The notes: generated by a model not told the origin, from the letters alone. Shown: positions 19,138 to 28,936, counted from the stretch's first letter. The stretch is 64,000 nucleotides of DNA from Granulicella sp. (GCA_025408425.1 JANXYX010000022.1:52937-116936), one strand, 5' to 3'. Program-made: numbers and translations.

Positions 19138-20148
19138 ATGATTGAGAACCTGGACCACACTACTGCATCGGCTGCCTGCTCCGCGTATGCGGCGGGATCG
19201 TTGATCAGCATTGAAGACCTGACTGTAGAGCAAGTCTCGCAAATTCTTACCGTTACGGCTCGGCTGGAGAATATGCCTCATGCGCAGCGTGCCCAGTTGT
19301 TGGCGGGGCGGCGAATTGCGCTGCTGTTTTACGAGTCGAGTACGCGGACGCGAACTTCGTTTGAACTGGCGGCAAAGTCTCTGGGTGCGACGACGACGCT
19401 GGTGAGCGACAAGTCGTCGTCTATCGAGAAGGGTGAATCGCTAAAAGATACAGGTTTGACGCTGCGAGCGCTGGGTGCGGAGTGCATCATCCTGCGTCAT
19501 GCTGCTTCGGGTGCGCCGTCGTTGCTGGCGCGAAGCACGGGGCTGCCGGTGCTGAATGCAGGAGATGGGATGCATCAACATCCATCGCAGGCGCTGTTGG
19601 ACCTGCGGACGATGTTGATTCGGTTGCCGGGACTGGATGCGTCGGCGGTAGATGGGCAGTCTCTGCGCGGGGTGACGGTGGTAATTACGGGTGACATCCT
19701 GCATAGTCGCGTGGCGCGGTCGAATGCGATGCTGCTGCCGCGATTGGGAGCGAAGGTGCTGCTGTGCGGGCCGGAGCCACTGCTGCCGCACGAAGCGTTG
19801 GGACTGGGTGAGGGCGTGGAGATTGTGCGGGATTTCGATGCTGCGCTGAGGCGATCGCAAGTGGCAATGATGTTGCGGATTCAGCGGGAGCGGCTGGCTG
19901 GATTGGAGTTGGATTTGGGCGAGTATATTTCGCGGTATCAGTTGAATGGCGAGCGGCTGTCGGCGTTCGCGCCTAATGCGCTGGTGATGCATCCTGGGCC
20001 GATGATTCGTGGGCTGGAGATTTCAGGTGATGTTGCGGATGGGCCGAACTCAGCAATTGAAGATCAAGTTCATCATGGGTTGGCAGTGCGGTCTGCGCTG
20101 TTGCTGCGCGCATTGGGTGCGGGTGATTTCGAAAGTGTAACGATATGA
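19138..20148 (+). CDS. pyrB: aspartate carbamoyltransferase catalytic subunit
   Basis: STRTR and HPSQ-type motifs (..FYESSTRTRTSFE.., ..DGMHQHPSQALLD..), plus ..HPGP... Confidence 0.95.
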   Translation: MIENLDHTTASAACSAYAAGSLISIEDLTVEQVSQILTVTARLENMPHAQRAQLLAGRRIALLFYESSTRTRTSFELAAKSLGATTTLVSDKSSSIEKGESLKDTGLTLRALGAECIILRHAASGAPSLLARSTGLPVLNAGDGMHQHPSQALLDLRTMLIRLPGLDASAVDGQSLRGVTVVITGDILHSRVARSNAMLLPRLGAKVLLCGPEPLLPHEALGLGEGVEIVRDFDAALRRSQVAMMLRIQRERLAGLELDLGEYISRYQLNGERLSAFAPNALVMHPGPMIRGLEISGDVADGPNSAIEDQVHHGLAVRSALLLRALGAGDFESVTI

Positions 20149-21449
20149 GTGAGATTCTTATTTTGAACGGCCGGGTGGTTGATCCGGCTAGTGGTGTTGA
20201 TGCTCCGCGAGACTTGTTGGTGCGGGATGGCAAGGTTGCAGCGGTGGAGACGCCGGGTGCGCTGAAGCATGTAGTCGCGGCTGAGACGATTGATGCCGCC
20301 GGGCTGGTAGTGGCGCCGGGATTTGTGGACGTGCATGTGCATCTGCGCGAGCCTGGGCAGACTTACAAAGAGACGATTGCTACCGGTACTGCGGCGGCGG
20401 CGGCGGGTGGGTTCACGACTGTAGTAGCGATGCCGAATACAGTTCCGGTGAACGACTCTGTGGCGTCGTTGGAGTGGATGCTGGACGAGGCGCGCGGGTC
20501 GGTGGTGAAGCTGTATGCGATGCCCGCGGCGACGCTGGGCAGCATGGGAGCGAAGCTGACTGATTTTGTTGCTCTGGCAAAGGCGGGCGCGGTTGGATTT
20601 ACGGATGATGGCAAGCCTGTGCTGGAAGATGAAGTGATGCGGGCTGCGCTGACTGCGGCGGGTCGGTTGGGTTTGGTGGTGTCCCAGCATGCGGAGGATA
20701 CGCGGCTGACGGGTGGATGCAGCATGAATGCGGGGCCGGTGGCTTTTCGGCTAGGGCTGCGCGGAATGACTATTGAGGCAGAAGCGCGGATTGTAGAGCG
20801 GGACATTCGGCTGCTGCGGGAGATTGAGGCAAGCGAGGGAGTTCGGGCGCGGCTGCATGTGCAGCATGTGAGTACGGCGAGGGCGATGGATGCGATTCGA
20901 GCGGCGAAGGCTGACGGGTTGCAGGTGACGTGCGAGGTTGCTCCGCACCACTTCACTCTGACGGAGGAAGCGATTGGGGACTACAACACGAATGCGAAGA
21001 TGAATCCTCCGCTGCGGGCTGAGGTGGATAGGCAGGCGGTGATTGCTGCGTTGCTGGATGGCACGGTGGATTGCATTGCGACGGACCACGCTCCGCATGC
21101 GGTGCATGAGAAGGAGCAGGAGTTTGAACGGGCTCCGAATGGGATTACAGGCCTGGAGACGGCGTTGGGTTTGGCACTGCGGGTGTTACATAAGGGGCAT
21201 GGGATGCCGGTGGCGCGGGTGATGCAGTTGATGAGTGCGACTCCGGCAGGGATTGTCGGGCTGGAGGGGCGCGGGTCTTTAGGGGTTGGGGCGTGGGGGG
21301 ATGTGGTGGTGTTTGATCCAGCGGATGCGTGGAGCTTTGCGGTGAATGAGTCGCGGTCGAAGTCGCGGAATAGTCCGTTTGATGGGGCGGCGATGTTGGG
21401 GCGGGTGAAGGCTACTATTTGCGAGGGGCGGGTTGTGTATCGGGGATAG
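20145..21449 (+). CDS. pyrC: dihydroorotase
   Basis: The ATGA overlaps the pyrB stop. Metal-binding DVHVHLREPG and ..ATDHAPH... Confidence 0.9.
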   Translation: MSEILILNGRVVDPASGVDAPRDLLVRDGKVAAVETPGALKHVVAAETIDAAGLVVAPGFVDVHVHLREPGQTYKETIATGTAAAAAGGFTTVVAMPNTVPVNDSVASLEWMLDEARGSVVKLYAMPAATLGSMGAKLTDFVALAKAGAVGFTDDGKPVLEDEVMRAALTAAGRLGLVVSQHAEDTRLTGGCSMNAGPVAFRLGLRGMTIEAEARIVERDIRLLREIEASEGVRARLHVQHVSTARAMDAIRAAKADGLQVTCEVAPHHFTLTEEAIGDYNTNAKMNPPLRAEVDRQAVIAALLDGTVDCIATDHAPHAVHEKEQEFERAPNGITGLETALGLALRVLHKGHGMPVARVMQLMSATPAGIVGLEGRGSLGVGAWGDVVVFDPADAWSFAVNESRSKSRNSPFDGAAMLGRVKATICEGRVVYRG

Positions 21450-21452
21450 GGG

Positions 21453-21866
21453 CTAGACACGGGTGATCATGACTTCGGTGGACTTCATGAGAGCGGCGGC
21501 GGTTTGGCCTTTGCGGAGTTGCATCTCGCGGACTGCATCGGCGGTGATGATGGACGTGATGCGCTGATCGCCGATGGCGAGGACGACTTTGGCGAGTAGG
21601 CCGCTGATTTTTACTTCGACGATGGTGCCGATGAGTTGATTGCGGCCGCTGGTGGTGCGGAAGCGCTCGCGTGAGGTGATGCTGGGGGTAGCGGGTGGGG
21701 CGGGGAGATAGCGTTTGAGGGCGGACTGGGGGATGCGGTGGTGGCCGCCGGGAGTGGTGATGGATTTCAGTTTTCCAGCGAGGATCCACTGCTTGATGGT
21801 GGGGTAGCTGACGCCGATGGCGGCGGCGGCTTCGCGAGGGGTGAGGAGGGTGTTGGGGGACTTCAT
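21453..21866 (-). CDS. excisionase-type HTH fused to a TOBE/Mop (molybdate-binding-like) domain; ModE-like regulator
   Basis: The N-terminus LLTPREAAAAIGVSYPTIKQWILAGKL is an HTH_17-like motif. The C-terminus RNQLIGTIVEVKISGLLAKVVLAIGDQRITSIIT..A..L.L..G is a TOBE-like motif. Confidence 0.75.
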   Translation of the reverse strand: MKSPNTLLTPREAAAAIGVSYPTIKQWILAGKLKSITTPGGHHRIPQSALKRYLPAPPATPSITSRERFRTTSGRNQLIGTIVEVKISGLLAKVVLAIGDQRITSIITADAVREMQLRKGQTAAALMKSTEVMITRV

Positions 21867-21989
21867 GGGGGATGGTATCCGTGGTGGGTGGATTTGCTGC
21901 GGGTATCTGGAAGAAGGGTAGACCAGACGGCACTAAAAAATCAAAACCGTATAAAAGCGTTATCTGTCAGCGTATAAATTTGAGTCATC

Positions 21990-22868
21990 ATGAAAATTCA
22001 GGCGATTGCTGCATGTGTAGTTGGGGCGGTCCTGTGCGGACCAACGGCGAGCGCACAGAGTGCGGCGGGTCCGAGTTCCTTTGTCGCACGGTATCAGGCA
22101 CGGGTTACGGCAACGCAGAGTGAGCAGCCGCATTGGGTGACGCCGCTGGTGACGGTGACGCCGCGGTTGGAGCAGGAGATTCGGACGGATTTTGTGCGGC
22201 AGACGACACCGAAGCTCTATACGACGTGGAACTATGGCAACAGCAAGGGCCTGGAATTGATTCCGGAGCGGCATGTGGAGCTGATCTTCAATGTGCCGCC
22301 GTTCTTTGATCGGACGACACCTGGTTTACAGGATGGGTTTGGCGATGTTTCGTTTCTGGCGAAGTTTCGGTTCTTTTCGCGGAATGAAGAGCATGGGAGT
22401 GCGATTGTAACGGGGTTTCTGGCAGCCACGGTGCCGACGGGGAAGAACGGGAATGGGAGTTGCTGCGCGGTGGTGACTCCTACGCTGGCGGCGGGGAAAG
22501 GGTTTGGGCAGTTGTCGCTGACTTCTACGCTGGGTGGGTCGCTGCCGGTGTCGAATGCGAAGGGGCTGGGGCATACGATGACGTGGAACAATGCGGTGCA
22601 GTATCGGCTGGCGAAGACGGGTGTGGCGAGGCTATTCTGGCCTGAAGTGGAGTTCAATTCGAACTTCTATTCGGGCGGGAGCAATGATGGGAAGATCCAG
22701 ACGTTTGCTACGCCGGGGATCATTGTTGGGCGGATGGCGCTGTCGCACGATGCGAGTGGGAAGCCTGGGCGGTTGGGGCTGACGTTTGGGGCGGGGGAGC
22801 AGATTGCTTTGACACACTTTCATAACTACAACCATGGGATTGTGCTGACAGTACGGATGCCGTTTTAG
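21990..22868 (+). CDS. outer-membrane beta-barrel protein of unknown specificity
   Basis: Signal peptide MKIQAIAACVVGAVLCGPTASAQS, alternating beta-strand pattern, and a C-terminal aromatic residue (..VRMPF). Confidence 0.55.
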   Translation: MKIQAIAACVVGAVLCGPTASAQSAAGPSSFVARYQARVTATQSEQPHWVTPLVTVTPRLEQEIRTDFVRQTTPKLYTTWNYGNSKGLELIPERHVELIFNVPPFFDRTTPGLQDGFGDVSFLAKFRFFSRNEEHGSAIVTGFLAATVPTGKNGNGSCCAVVTPTLAAGKGFGQLSLTSTLGGSLPVSNAKGLGHTMTWNNAVQYRLAKTGVARLFWPEVEFNSNFYSGGSNDGKIQTFATPGIIVGRMALSHDASGKPGRLGLTFGAGEQIALTHFHNYNHGIVLTVRMPF

Positions 22869-22955
22869 GGTTATTTCATCAACTTAGAGGCGCCCTGACG
22901 CCGGGCGGGCGCCACTTCGTGGGGTATTGGACGCTGCGCGTTTTCTAGAGGGTTG

Positions 22956-24170
22956 CTAGAGGATTGCGAGGCGCTTGGCGGTGGTGGTGAGGATTTCGAG
23001 GGCTTGATCTAGTTGTGGGCGGGTGTGTTCGCTGGTAAGGATGGTGCGGATGCGGGCTTTGCCTTCGGGGACGGTGGGGAAGGCTATGCCGGTGGCCATG
23101 AGGCCGGCGTCGAAGAGGGCGCGGGAGAAGTCCATGGTTTTGCGGCCGTCGCCGATGATGATGGGGGTGATGGGGGTCTCGCTGGCCGGGGTGGTGCGGC
23201 CACCTACGTCGAAGCCGGCGTCGGTGAGTTGCTGCTTGAAGTAGTGGGTATTCGCCCAGAGGCGCTCAATACGGTCGGGCTCGCTTTCGAGGATGTCGAA
23301 GGCGGCGATGCAGGTGGCGGCGACGGAGGGTGGGTGCGAGGTGGAGAAGAGGAATGGGCGGGCTCGGTAGTAGAGGAAGTCGATGAGGTCGCGGGAGCCG
23401 CAGACGTAGCCGCCGAGCGCTCCTATAGCTTTGGAGAGGGTGCCGACCTGGATGTCTACTTTGTCGGTGCAGTGGAAGTGGTCGACGGAGCCGCGGCCGT
23501 TGCGACCGAGGACTCCGGAGGCGTGTGCGTCGTCGACCATCATGATTGCGCCGTATTTGTTGGCGAGGTCGGCTAGCGCGGCGACGGGGCCGATGTCGCC
23601 GTCCATGGAGAAGACGCCGTCGGTGATGAGGAGTTTGTGGCCGGGCTCGTGCTGGATCTCCTGTAGGAGTTGTTCGGCGTGTGCGACGTCTTTGTGGCGG
23701 AAGACTTTGATCTTGGCGCGAGAGAGGCGCGCCCCGTCGATGATGCTGGCGTGGTTGAGCTCGTCGGAGAGGATGAAGTCGTCTTTGTCGAGGATGCTAG
23801 AGACGGTTCCGGCGTTGGCGGTGAAGCCGGACTGGAAGACGACGCAGGCTTCGACGCCTTTGAAGGCCGCGATTTTCTCTTCGAGCTCCATGTGGAGGCG
23901 CATGGTTCCGGCGATGGTGCGGACGGCGCCTGAGCCTACGCCGTATTTGCGGATGGCGGCGATGGCGGCTTCTTCGAGTTTGGGGTGGTTGCAAAGGCCG
24001 AGGTAGTTGTTGGAGGCGAGGTTGATGACCTGCTTGCCGTCGTAGTGGCAGACGGGGGCCTGTGCGTCGTCGAGGACGCGGAGCTTGAAGAATGTTCCGC
24101 GCTGCCTGAAGTCTTCGAGTTGGGCGGTGAGGTGAGCGAGCTGCGGGCGGGTGGAAGGCACGGTGGACAT
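22956..24170 (-). CDS. kbl: glycine C-acetyltransferase (2-amino-3-ketobutyrate CoA ligase) family alpha-oxoamine synthase
   Basis: NNYLGL, ..SDELNHASIIDG.., and PLP-lysine TLSKA. Start placed at the internal Met (MSTVPS..); the track ORF extends to 24269. Confidence 0.8.
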   Translation of the reverse strand: MSTVPSTRPQLAHLTAQLEDFRQRGTFFKLRVLDDAQAPVCHYDGKQVINLASNNYLGLCNHPKLEEAAIAAIRKYGVGSGAVRTIAGTMRLHMELEEKIAAFKGVEACVVFQSGFTANAGTVSSILDKDDFILSDELNHASIIDGARLSRAKIKVFRHKDVAHAEQLLQEIQHEPGHKLLITDGVFSMDGDIGPVAALADLANKYGAIMMVDDAHASGVLGRNGRGSVDHFHCTDKVDIQVGTLSKAIGALGGYVCGSRDLIDFLYYRARPFLFSTSHPPSVAATCIAAFDILESEPDRIERLWANTHYFKQQLTDAGFDVGGRTTPASETPITPIIIGDGRKTMDFSRALFDAGLMATGIAFPTVPEGKARIRTILTSEHTRPQLDQALEILTTTAKRLAIL

Positions 24171-24320
24171 GGCTTCAATCGTAAACCTTAGGGTTGCGGG
24201 CAGTCGGAGAGGCGCTATCTGCATCACACTAGAGGTGTGCTGGTGGAAGGCTGTGCCGGCTACGCGCATTAGAGTAATAGAATCAACAAATTTAAAGATA
24301 CGAACAATGAGGATCGAACG

Positions 24321-25223
24321 ATGAATACTCAGATTTTTTTGAAATGTGCGGCCACGATGGCGCTTGCGTTCACGCTACTGACCGGTTGCAAGTCCAAGCA
24401 GGACGAGGCGGTCGAGAAGGCGAAGCAGCAGGCCGCAGCGACCGGACAGGCGCAGCAGGTAGTGTCGGTCGACAAAGAGGGCAACACGACGACGACCACG
24501 GTTCAGCCACCGGTACCTGGCCAAGCGGGTCAAGTGGTAACGACCACGGTGGCTCCGGGTGGGGGTCCTATGCCGAATGCATCGAGTTCTGCTAGTTCTG
24601 GGTCGCTTCCGGCCTCGGCACCTGCGGTGGCTGGCGGATACGGATCGGGTAGTGCACCAGCGCCTGTGGCACAGGCTGTCCCGGGCGGCGGTCCCGTTAC
24701 TCATGCAGCTGAAGTCAGGGTACCTGCGGGAACCAATCTGGCGATTCGGATCAACCAGCACATCAGCGTTAAGACTAGTCGCGCAGGCGATCATTTTGAT
24801 GGTGAGTTGGTCGAGCCGGTGGCAGGGGCTAATGATCGCGTGATCATCCCGAAGGGGACGCCGGTAGGTGGCATCATCGATGCTTCACATAAGCGCGGAC
24901 ATTTTAAGGGTGCGTCGATACTTGAGCTGCGGCTGACGACGATTACGCTGAATGGAACTCGCTACCCGTTGGAAACCCAAGACATGACCCGCACGAAAAA
25001 GGGCAAGGGTAAACGCTCCGCAGCATTTATCGGCGGTGGTACGGGGCTGGGAATGTTGATTGGCGGTGTGGCAACCGGCGGGACAGGGTTGCTGATTGGT
25101 GGCCTTGCAGGTGCTGGAGCCGGCACGGCTGTGAGCGGACTGACCGGGAATCGGGATATCGATATTCCGTCCGAGTCGATCGTTCGGTTCAGGCTGGCGG
25201 ATGACCTGGTGCTGCAGCAGTAA
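24321..25223 (+). CDS. lipoprotein with C-terminal glycine-zipper
   Basis: Lipobox LLTGC, a low-complexity linker, and the Gly-zipper GGGTGLGMLIGGVATGGTGLLIGGLAGAGAG. Confidence 0.65.
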   Translation: MNTQIFLKCAATMALAFTLLTGCKSKQDEAVEKAKQQAAATGQAQQVVSVDKEGNTTTTTVQPPVPGQAGQVVTTTVAPGGGPMPNASSSASSGSLPASAPAVAGGYGSGSAPAPVAQAVPGGGPVTHAAEVRVPAGTNLAIRINQHISVKTSRAGDHFDGELVEPVAGANDRVIIPKGTPVGGIIDASHKRGHFKGASILELRLTTITLNGTRYPLETQDMTRTKKGKGKRSAAFIGGGTGLGMLIGGVATGGTGLLIGGLAGAGAGTAVSGLTGNRDIDIPSESIVRFRLADDLVLQQ

Positions 25224-25257
25224 TTGATGCTGGGATGAAGGTGTTGTAGAAAAATGT

Positions 25258-25294
25258 GGCCGATTCCTGGGATATCAGGGATCGGCCTCTTTTG
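25258..25294 (+). terminator. rho-independent terminator
   Basis: GGCCGATTCCTG-GGATAT-CAGGGATCGGCC stem (one G-T pair) followed by TCTTTTG. Confidence 0.5.
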
Positions 25295-25300
25295 ATGCAG

Positions 25301-26272
25301 TCAGCGCTGCGGTTGAGAGAGTTGTTCTGTTTCTAAATGTTGGGCAACAAGGTTCGTAGCTTCGACGGCAATATACTCTTCGCTGCCGCAGCCTTTGAGC
25401 CAATGGATATCGGGCTCGCGGCGGAACCAGGTGCCTTGACGTTTTGCGTAGTTGCGGTGGCCTTGCTGGGCGTGGGCGATGGCGGCGTCGAGGGTGGATT
25501 CGTTGCGGAGGACCGAGATGGCTTCTGCGTAGCCGAGCGAGGTGAGGGGGCGGCAGTCGTATCCGTAGCGTTCGACGAGGCGGGCGGTTTCTTCGACGAG
25601 GCCGCGCTCGAACATCTCGGCCGCGCGGTGGTTGATGCGCTCATAGAGGAGGGGGCGGGGCGGGTCGAGACCGAGGCGCAGGATGCGGTATCCGGTGAGG
25701 GCATCGCGACCCTTCTGCCATTGCTGGGTGAGTGGCTGTCTGGCGGCGAGGCTGACTTCGATAGCTCGGACTACTTTGGGGATGTCATTGCTGTGGATGG
25801 TGGTTGCGGCGTCTTTGTCGAGCCGTACGAGTAAGGCATGCAGGTAGGCAGGACCGCGTGTTGAGGCGATGTTGCGCAGGCGGTCGCGCAGTCCGGGCTG
25901 GATGGGGGGCGAGGGGAAGAGTCCGTCGATGAGGGCGCGGAGGTAGAGGCCAGTCCCTCCAGCGACGATTGGGAGGCGGCCGCGACCGGTGATTCCGGTG
26001 AGCGCCTCGCGGGCCAGTCGACTGTAGTCGCCGGCGGTACAGGGCTGATCGGGCCAGACGACGTCGATTAGGTGGTGGGGGACGAGGGCGCGCTCCTGGA
26101 GGGAGGGCTTGGCGGTGCCGATCTCCATCTCGCGATAGACGGCTACTGAGTCACAGCTTACTATCTCGCCGTTGAACTGCTGGGCGAGGCGGAGCGCGAG
26201 TGAGGTCTTGCCGCTGGCGGTGGGGCCGACAAGGACGATGAGGGGGTGGAGGGGAGCTACCATAGGCGCCAC
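25301..26272 (-). CDS. miaA: tRNA dimethylallyltransferase
   Basis: P-loop GPTASGKT and ..SCDSVAVYREMEIGTAKP... 323 aa. Confidence 0.95.
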   Translation of the reverse strand: MAPMVAPLHPLIVLVGPTASGKTSLALRLAQQFNGEIVSCDSVAVYREMEIGTAKPSLQERALVPHHLIDVVWPDQPCTAGDYSRLAREALTGITGRGRLPIVAGGTGLYLRALIDGLFPSPPIQPGLRDRLRNIASTRGPAYLHALLVRLDKDAATTIHSNDIPKVVRAIEVSLAARQPLTQQWQKGRDALTGYRILRLGLDPPRPLLYERINHRAAEMFERGLVEETARLVERYGYDCRPLTSLGYAEAISVLRNESTLDAAIAHAQQGHRNYAKRQGTWFRREPDIHWLKGCGSEEYIAVEATNLVAQHLETEQLSQPQR

Positions 26273-26415
26273 CAGCCGGGGTTGAAGACGTGGTGGGCGC
26301 GGAGGAGACTGAAGATGAGGACGACTCCGGCCAGGAGGAGTGATCCGCGGATCTGGCGACGGCGCTCCAACTGGGTGGCCGCTGCTGGGAGATTGGAGTC
26401 GGGGGCAGGCATCAT
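26257..26415 (-). CDS. possible 52-aa single-TM micro-protein (below the ORF-track size cut-off)
   Basis: Manual translation gives MMPAPDSNLPAAATQLERRRQIRGSLLLAGVVLIFSLLRAHHVFNPGWWRLW*. It starts 3 nt after the TonB-like stop, and its stop lies inside the miaA start region. Confidence 0.25.
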   Translation of the reverse strand: MMPAPDSNLPAAATQLERRRQIRGSLLLAGVVLIFSLLRAHHVFNPGWWRLW

Positions 26416-26418
26416 TGC

Positions 26419-27474
26419 CTACTCGGATGTCTTGTTGACGAGGTAGTGGATGCGTAGTTCAAGGTTTGGGCCATGGAACTCGCTAGGTAATGGGGGGAAC
26501 TGACCGACGCCTGTGATGGAGCCCCAGGCGGCGCGGTTGAGGGCGTCGTCGTGGGTAGAGCCGTCAAGGAACATTCCGCCGATTCGTCCGTCGGGGAGGA
26601 TGATGAAGCGGATTTGAGTGATGCCCTGTTTGTTGAGCGGTGGGCGGGCCTCCTCGGGGATGAGGGGCAGCCAGGTGTTGTAGATCTCGCGGATGATCTT
26701 TTTGAGATATGGGTCGAAGTTGACGCCCATAGTGTCGGAGAGGACGTCGACTCCGGTGTTGAGGCCCTGGTGAGCGACCGGAAGGTTAGCTCCATAGTCG
26801 CCTCCCTGACCGCGATTGCGTGATGCCTGCTCGGCGGCTTGACGGATAGCATCACCGGCAGAGGGCGTGGAGTTGCCGAAGTTGGGCCGGGTGGGTGCGG
26901 GCCTGGGTGCGTCGATCATCGCTTGCTGGGGCTGCTGGGCAGGGTGCTGAGGGAGCGGTTGCGGCGCCGGCTGCTGCTGGGGTGCTGTGGGTTGCGGCGC
27001 GGCCTGTTGGGGCGGCTGGGGGGTGGGGGTGGTGGCTCCGGGTGCGCCAGCCCTGCGCATTGCCTGCAACTGCTCGAGGGTCTTCTGGTCGAGGGTTGGT
27101 TTGGCGGTCTGCTGGGCTCGGTCCTTATCGCTGATGGCGTTAGTGGGCTTGTGCTGGAGCTGTTTGGCAACATCCTTGGGCATGTCGAGGTAGGTCATCT
27201 CCTTGTCGCGCTGTCTTAGGACGTCGGCAGGATTGATGAGTCTCGGCTGATGGAAGAGGACGGTGGGGCCGTAGAAGATGAACCAGCCGACCACAAGGTA
27301 AAAGATGAGTGAGATGTAGATGGATTCGCGGAAGCGCGCTTTGGAGCGCTCATCATCAAGCGAGTCCAGCAGGTGGATTAGCTCGTGCTCTTCGAGTTCG
27401 CCATATCGACCGGTGCGCAGCTTTACAGGCGTCGTCGGCGGGGCGGGGTTAGGAGGGGTCTCGAGGGAGGGCAT
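26419..27474 (-). CDS. TonB family energy transducer
   Basis: N-terminal TM anchor, a Pro/Gln-rich spacer (PQPPQQAAPQPTAPQQQPAPQP), and a TonB_C-like end (..ITQIRFIILPDGRI..). Confidence 0.75.
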   Translation of the reverse strand: MPSLETPPNPAPPTTPVKLRTGRYGELEEHELIHLLDSLDDERSKARFRESIYISLIFYLVVGWFIFYGPTVLFHQPRLINPADVLRQRDKEMTYLDMPKDVAKQLQHKPTNAISDKDRAQQTAKPTLDQKTLEQLQAMRRAGAPGATTPTPQPPQQAAPQPTAPQQQPAPQPLPQHPAQQPQQAMIDAPRPAPTRPNFGNSTPSAGDAIRQAAEQASRNRGQGGDYGANLPVAHQGLNTGVDVLSDTMGVNFDPYLKKIIREIYNTWLPLIPEEARPPLNKQGITQIRFIILPDGRIGGMFLDGSTHDDALNRAAWGSITGVGQFPPLPSEFHGPNLELRIHYLVNKTSE

Positions 27475-27679
27475 GGGCTCTTTAGGTCAGACGTGTTGGA
27501 AGTGTTGAAGTTACTGGGGTAAGGCAAAAAAGCGTTCTTGAATGCAGTCATGAACCTCACTATTTTCTCACCTTTGACTGCGGGTACGATACCTGAGTTG
27601 CGGTGGGACTTCTGAGGTAGCAGTGAATGAATGCTCAGTTGGTTAGGAAAGTGCTGGGCGCAACCCGTAAACTACGGGA

Positions 27680-28261
27680 GTGATAGAGCGATTTTCTTCC
27701 GATACGCACGCGGTTGTATTGACGATCAGCGACCGCTGTTTCGATGGGCGGCAGGTGGATCTCTCCGGCCCGGCGGTTGTGCAACTGCTGGAGGAGGCGG
27801 GTATCGAAACCGTCGAGACGCAGACGCTGCCGGATGAGTTGGAGCTGATCGCTGGCACGCTTCGCCAATGTGCGGCGAAGGCACAGCTTATTGTGACGAC
27901 GGGCGGGACTGGGCTGGCTGCTCGGGATGTGACACCGGAAGCGACACGATTGGTGTGCGACCGGTTGGTTGAGGGGCTGGCGGAGCGGATGCGGGCCGAT
28001 GGCCTGCTGCATACTCCGCTGGCGCCGCTGAGTCGGGCGGTGTGCGGGACGGCTGGGAGAGCCTTGATCGTGAACCTGCCGGGAAGTCCCGCAGGTGCGA
28101 GGACGTCGCTGAGGGCTATTCTTTCGGTGCTGCCTCATGCGCTGGACTTGCTGGCTGGCCGGACCGCGCATGAGACTGCTGACCATAGTGCAGGTGGCCG
28201 AGGTTTTGATACGAAGGGCAATTTATATCCTGCGGCTGACACACAGGTAAAATCGAAGTGA
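27680..28261 (+). CDS. mogA: molybdenum cofactor biosynthesis protein, MogA/MoaB family
   Basis: MoCF_biosynth pattern ..TISDR.., ..VTTGGTGLAARDVTPEAT.., and ..NLPGSP... Confidence 0.85.
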   Translation: MIERFSSDTHAVVLTISDRCFDGRQVDLSGPAVVQLLEEAGIETVETQTLPDELELIAGTLRQCAAKAQLIVTTGGTGLAARDVTPEATRLVCDRLVEGLAERMRADGLLHTPLAPLSRAVCGTAGRALIVNLPGSPAGARTSLRAILSVLPHALDLLAGRTAHETADHSAGGRGFDTKGNLYPAADTQVKSK

Positions 28262-28265
28262 TCCA

Positions 28266-28928
28266 GTGAAAATCTCTCCTGTTGCACTCCTTCATAAGCT
28301 AAATCTCGGGATGCTCGCTCTGCTGAAGCCTCTTGGCGTGTGGGGCATCGGCGGACTTGCGATTATTGATTCTTCTACGATCCCGATGCCGATCGATCCC
28401 CTGGTGATCGATTATGTGGCGCACGACCACGCTCGGTTTGTGATGATCTGCTTCATGGCTGCAATGGGGTCGGCGATTGGCAGCCTGCTGCCTTATTATC
28501 TGGGGCGTGCGGGCGGAGAGCTGTTTCTGCTGAAGCGGATCAATCGAAAGCGGTATGAGCAGTTGCGGGATCGCTTTGAAAAGCAGGAGTTTCTGGCGAT
28601 CATGATTCCGGCGATGATGCCGCCACCAATGCCCGTGAAGTTATTTGAGCTGGCGGCAGGGGTGTTTGAGATGAAGCCGGTGTGGTTTTTTCTGGCGATC
28701 TTCGCGGGTAAATTCTTCCGCTTTCTGCTGTGGTCCATCATTACGATCTTTTATGGACCTGCGATTTTGCACACGATCACGCGGGCGTTGCATGAGCATC
28801 TTGGCTATGTGATGGGCGGCGCGGGGATTCTAGTGGTGGCGCTGGCGGTTTATGTGATGCGGAAGTTGTTTGCTCGGCGGCGGGGAACACGGTTTCCAGC
28901 GGAAGAAGAGGATGAGCGGGTGGAGTAA
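28266..28928 (+). CDS. DedA/YqaA (VTT domain) family membrane protein
   Basis: 220-aa polytopic protein with a YqaA-like pattern (..PYYLGRAGG..). Confidence 0.7.
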   Translation: MKISPVALLHKLNLGMLALLKPLGVWGIGGLAIIDSSTIPMPIDPLVIDYVAHDHARFVMICFMAAMGSAIGSLLPYYLGRAGGELFLLKRINRKRYEQLRDRFEKQEFLAIMIPAMMPPPMPVKLFELAAGVFEMKPVWFFLAIFAGKFFRFLLWSIITIFYGPAILHTITRALHEHLGYVMGGAGILVVALAVYVMRKLFARRRGTRFPAEEEDERVE

Positions 28929-28936
28929 CGGGAAGG

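Noticed and set aside
22956-24269. N-terminal extensions in the ORF track for kbl, the TonB-dependent receptor (to 38892), cupin (to 41213), ADH (from 41068), GH88/105 (to 46430), the small OMP (from 52656), the second Gfo/Idh/MocA (to 57467) and narK (to 58909).
   Set aside because: The extensions precede recognisable signal peptides or conserved N-termini and have junk-like composition. Internal starts were chosen, and those starts remain uncertain.
27475-27679. Possible molybdenum-cofactor riboswitch upstream of mogA.
   Set aside because: I could not recognise the conserved Moco-motif elements by eye. A covariance-model scan is needed before any claim.
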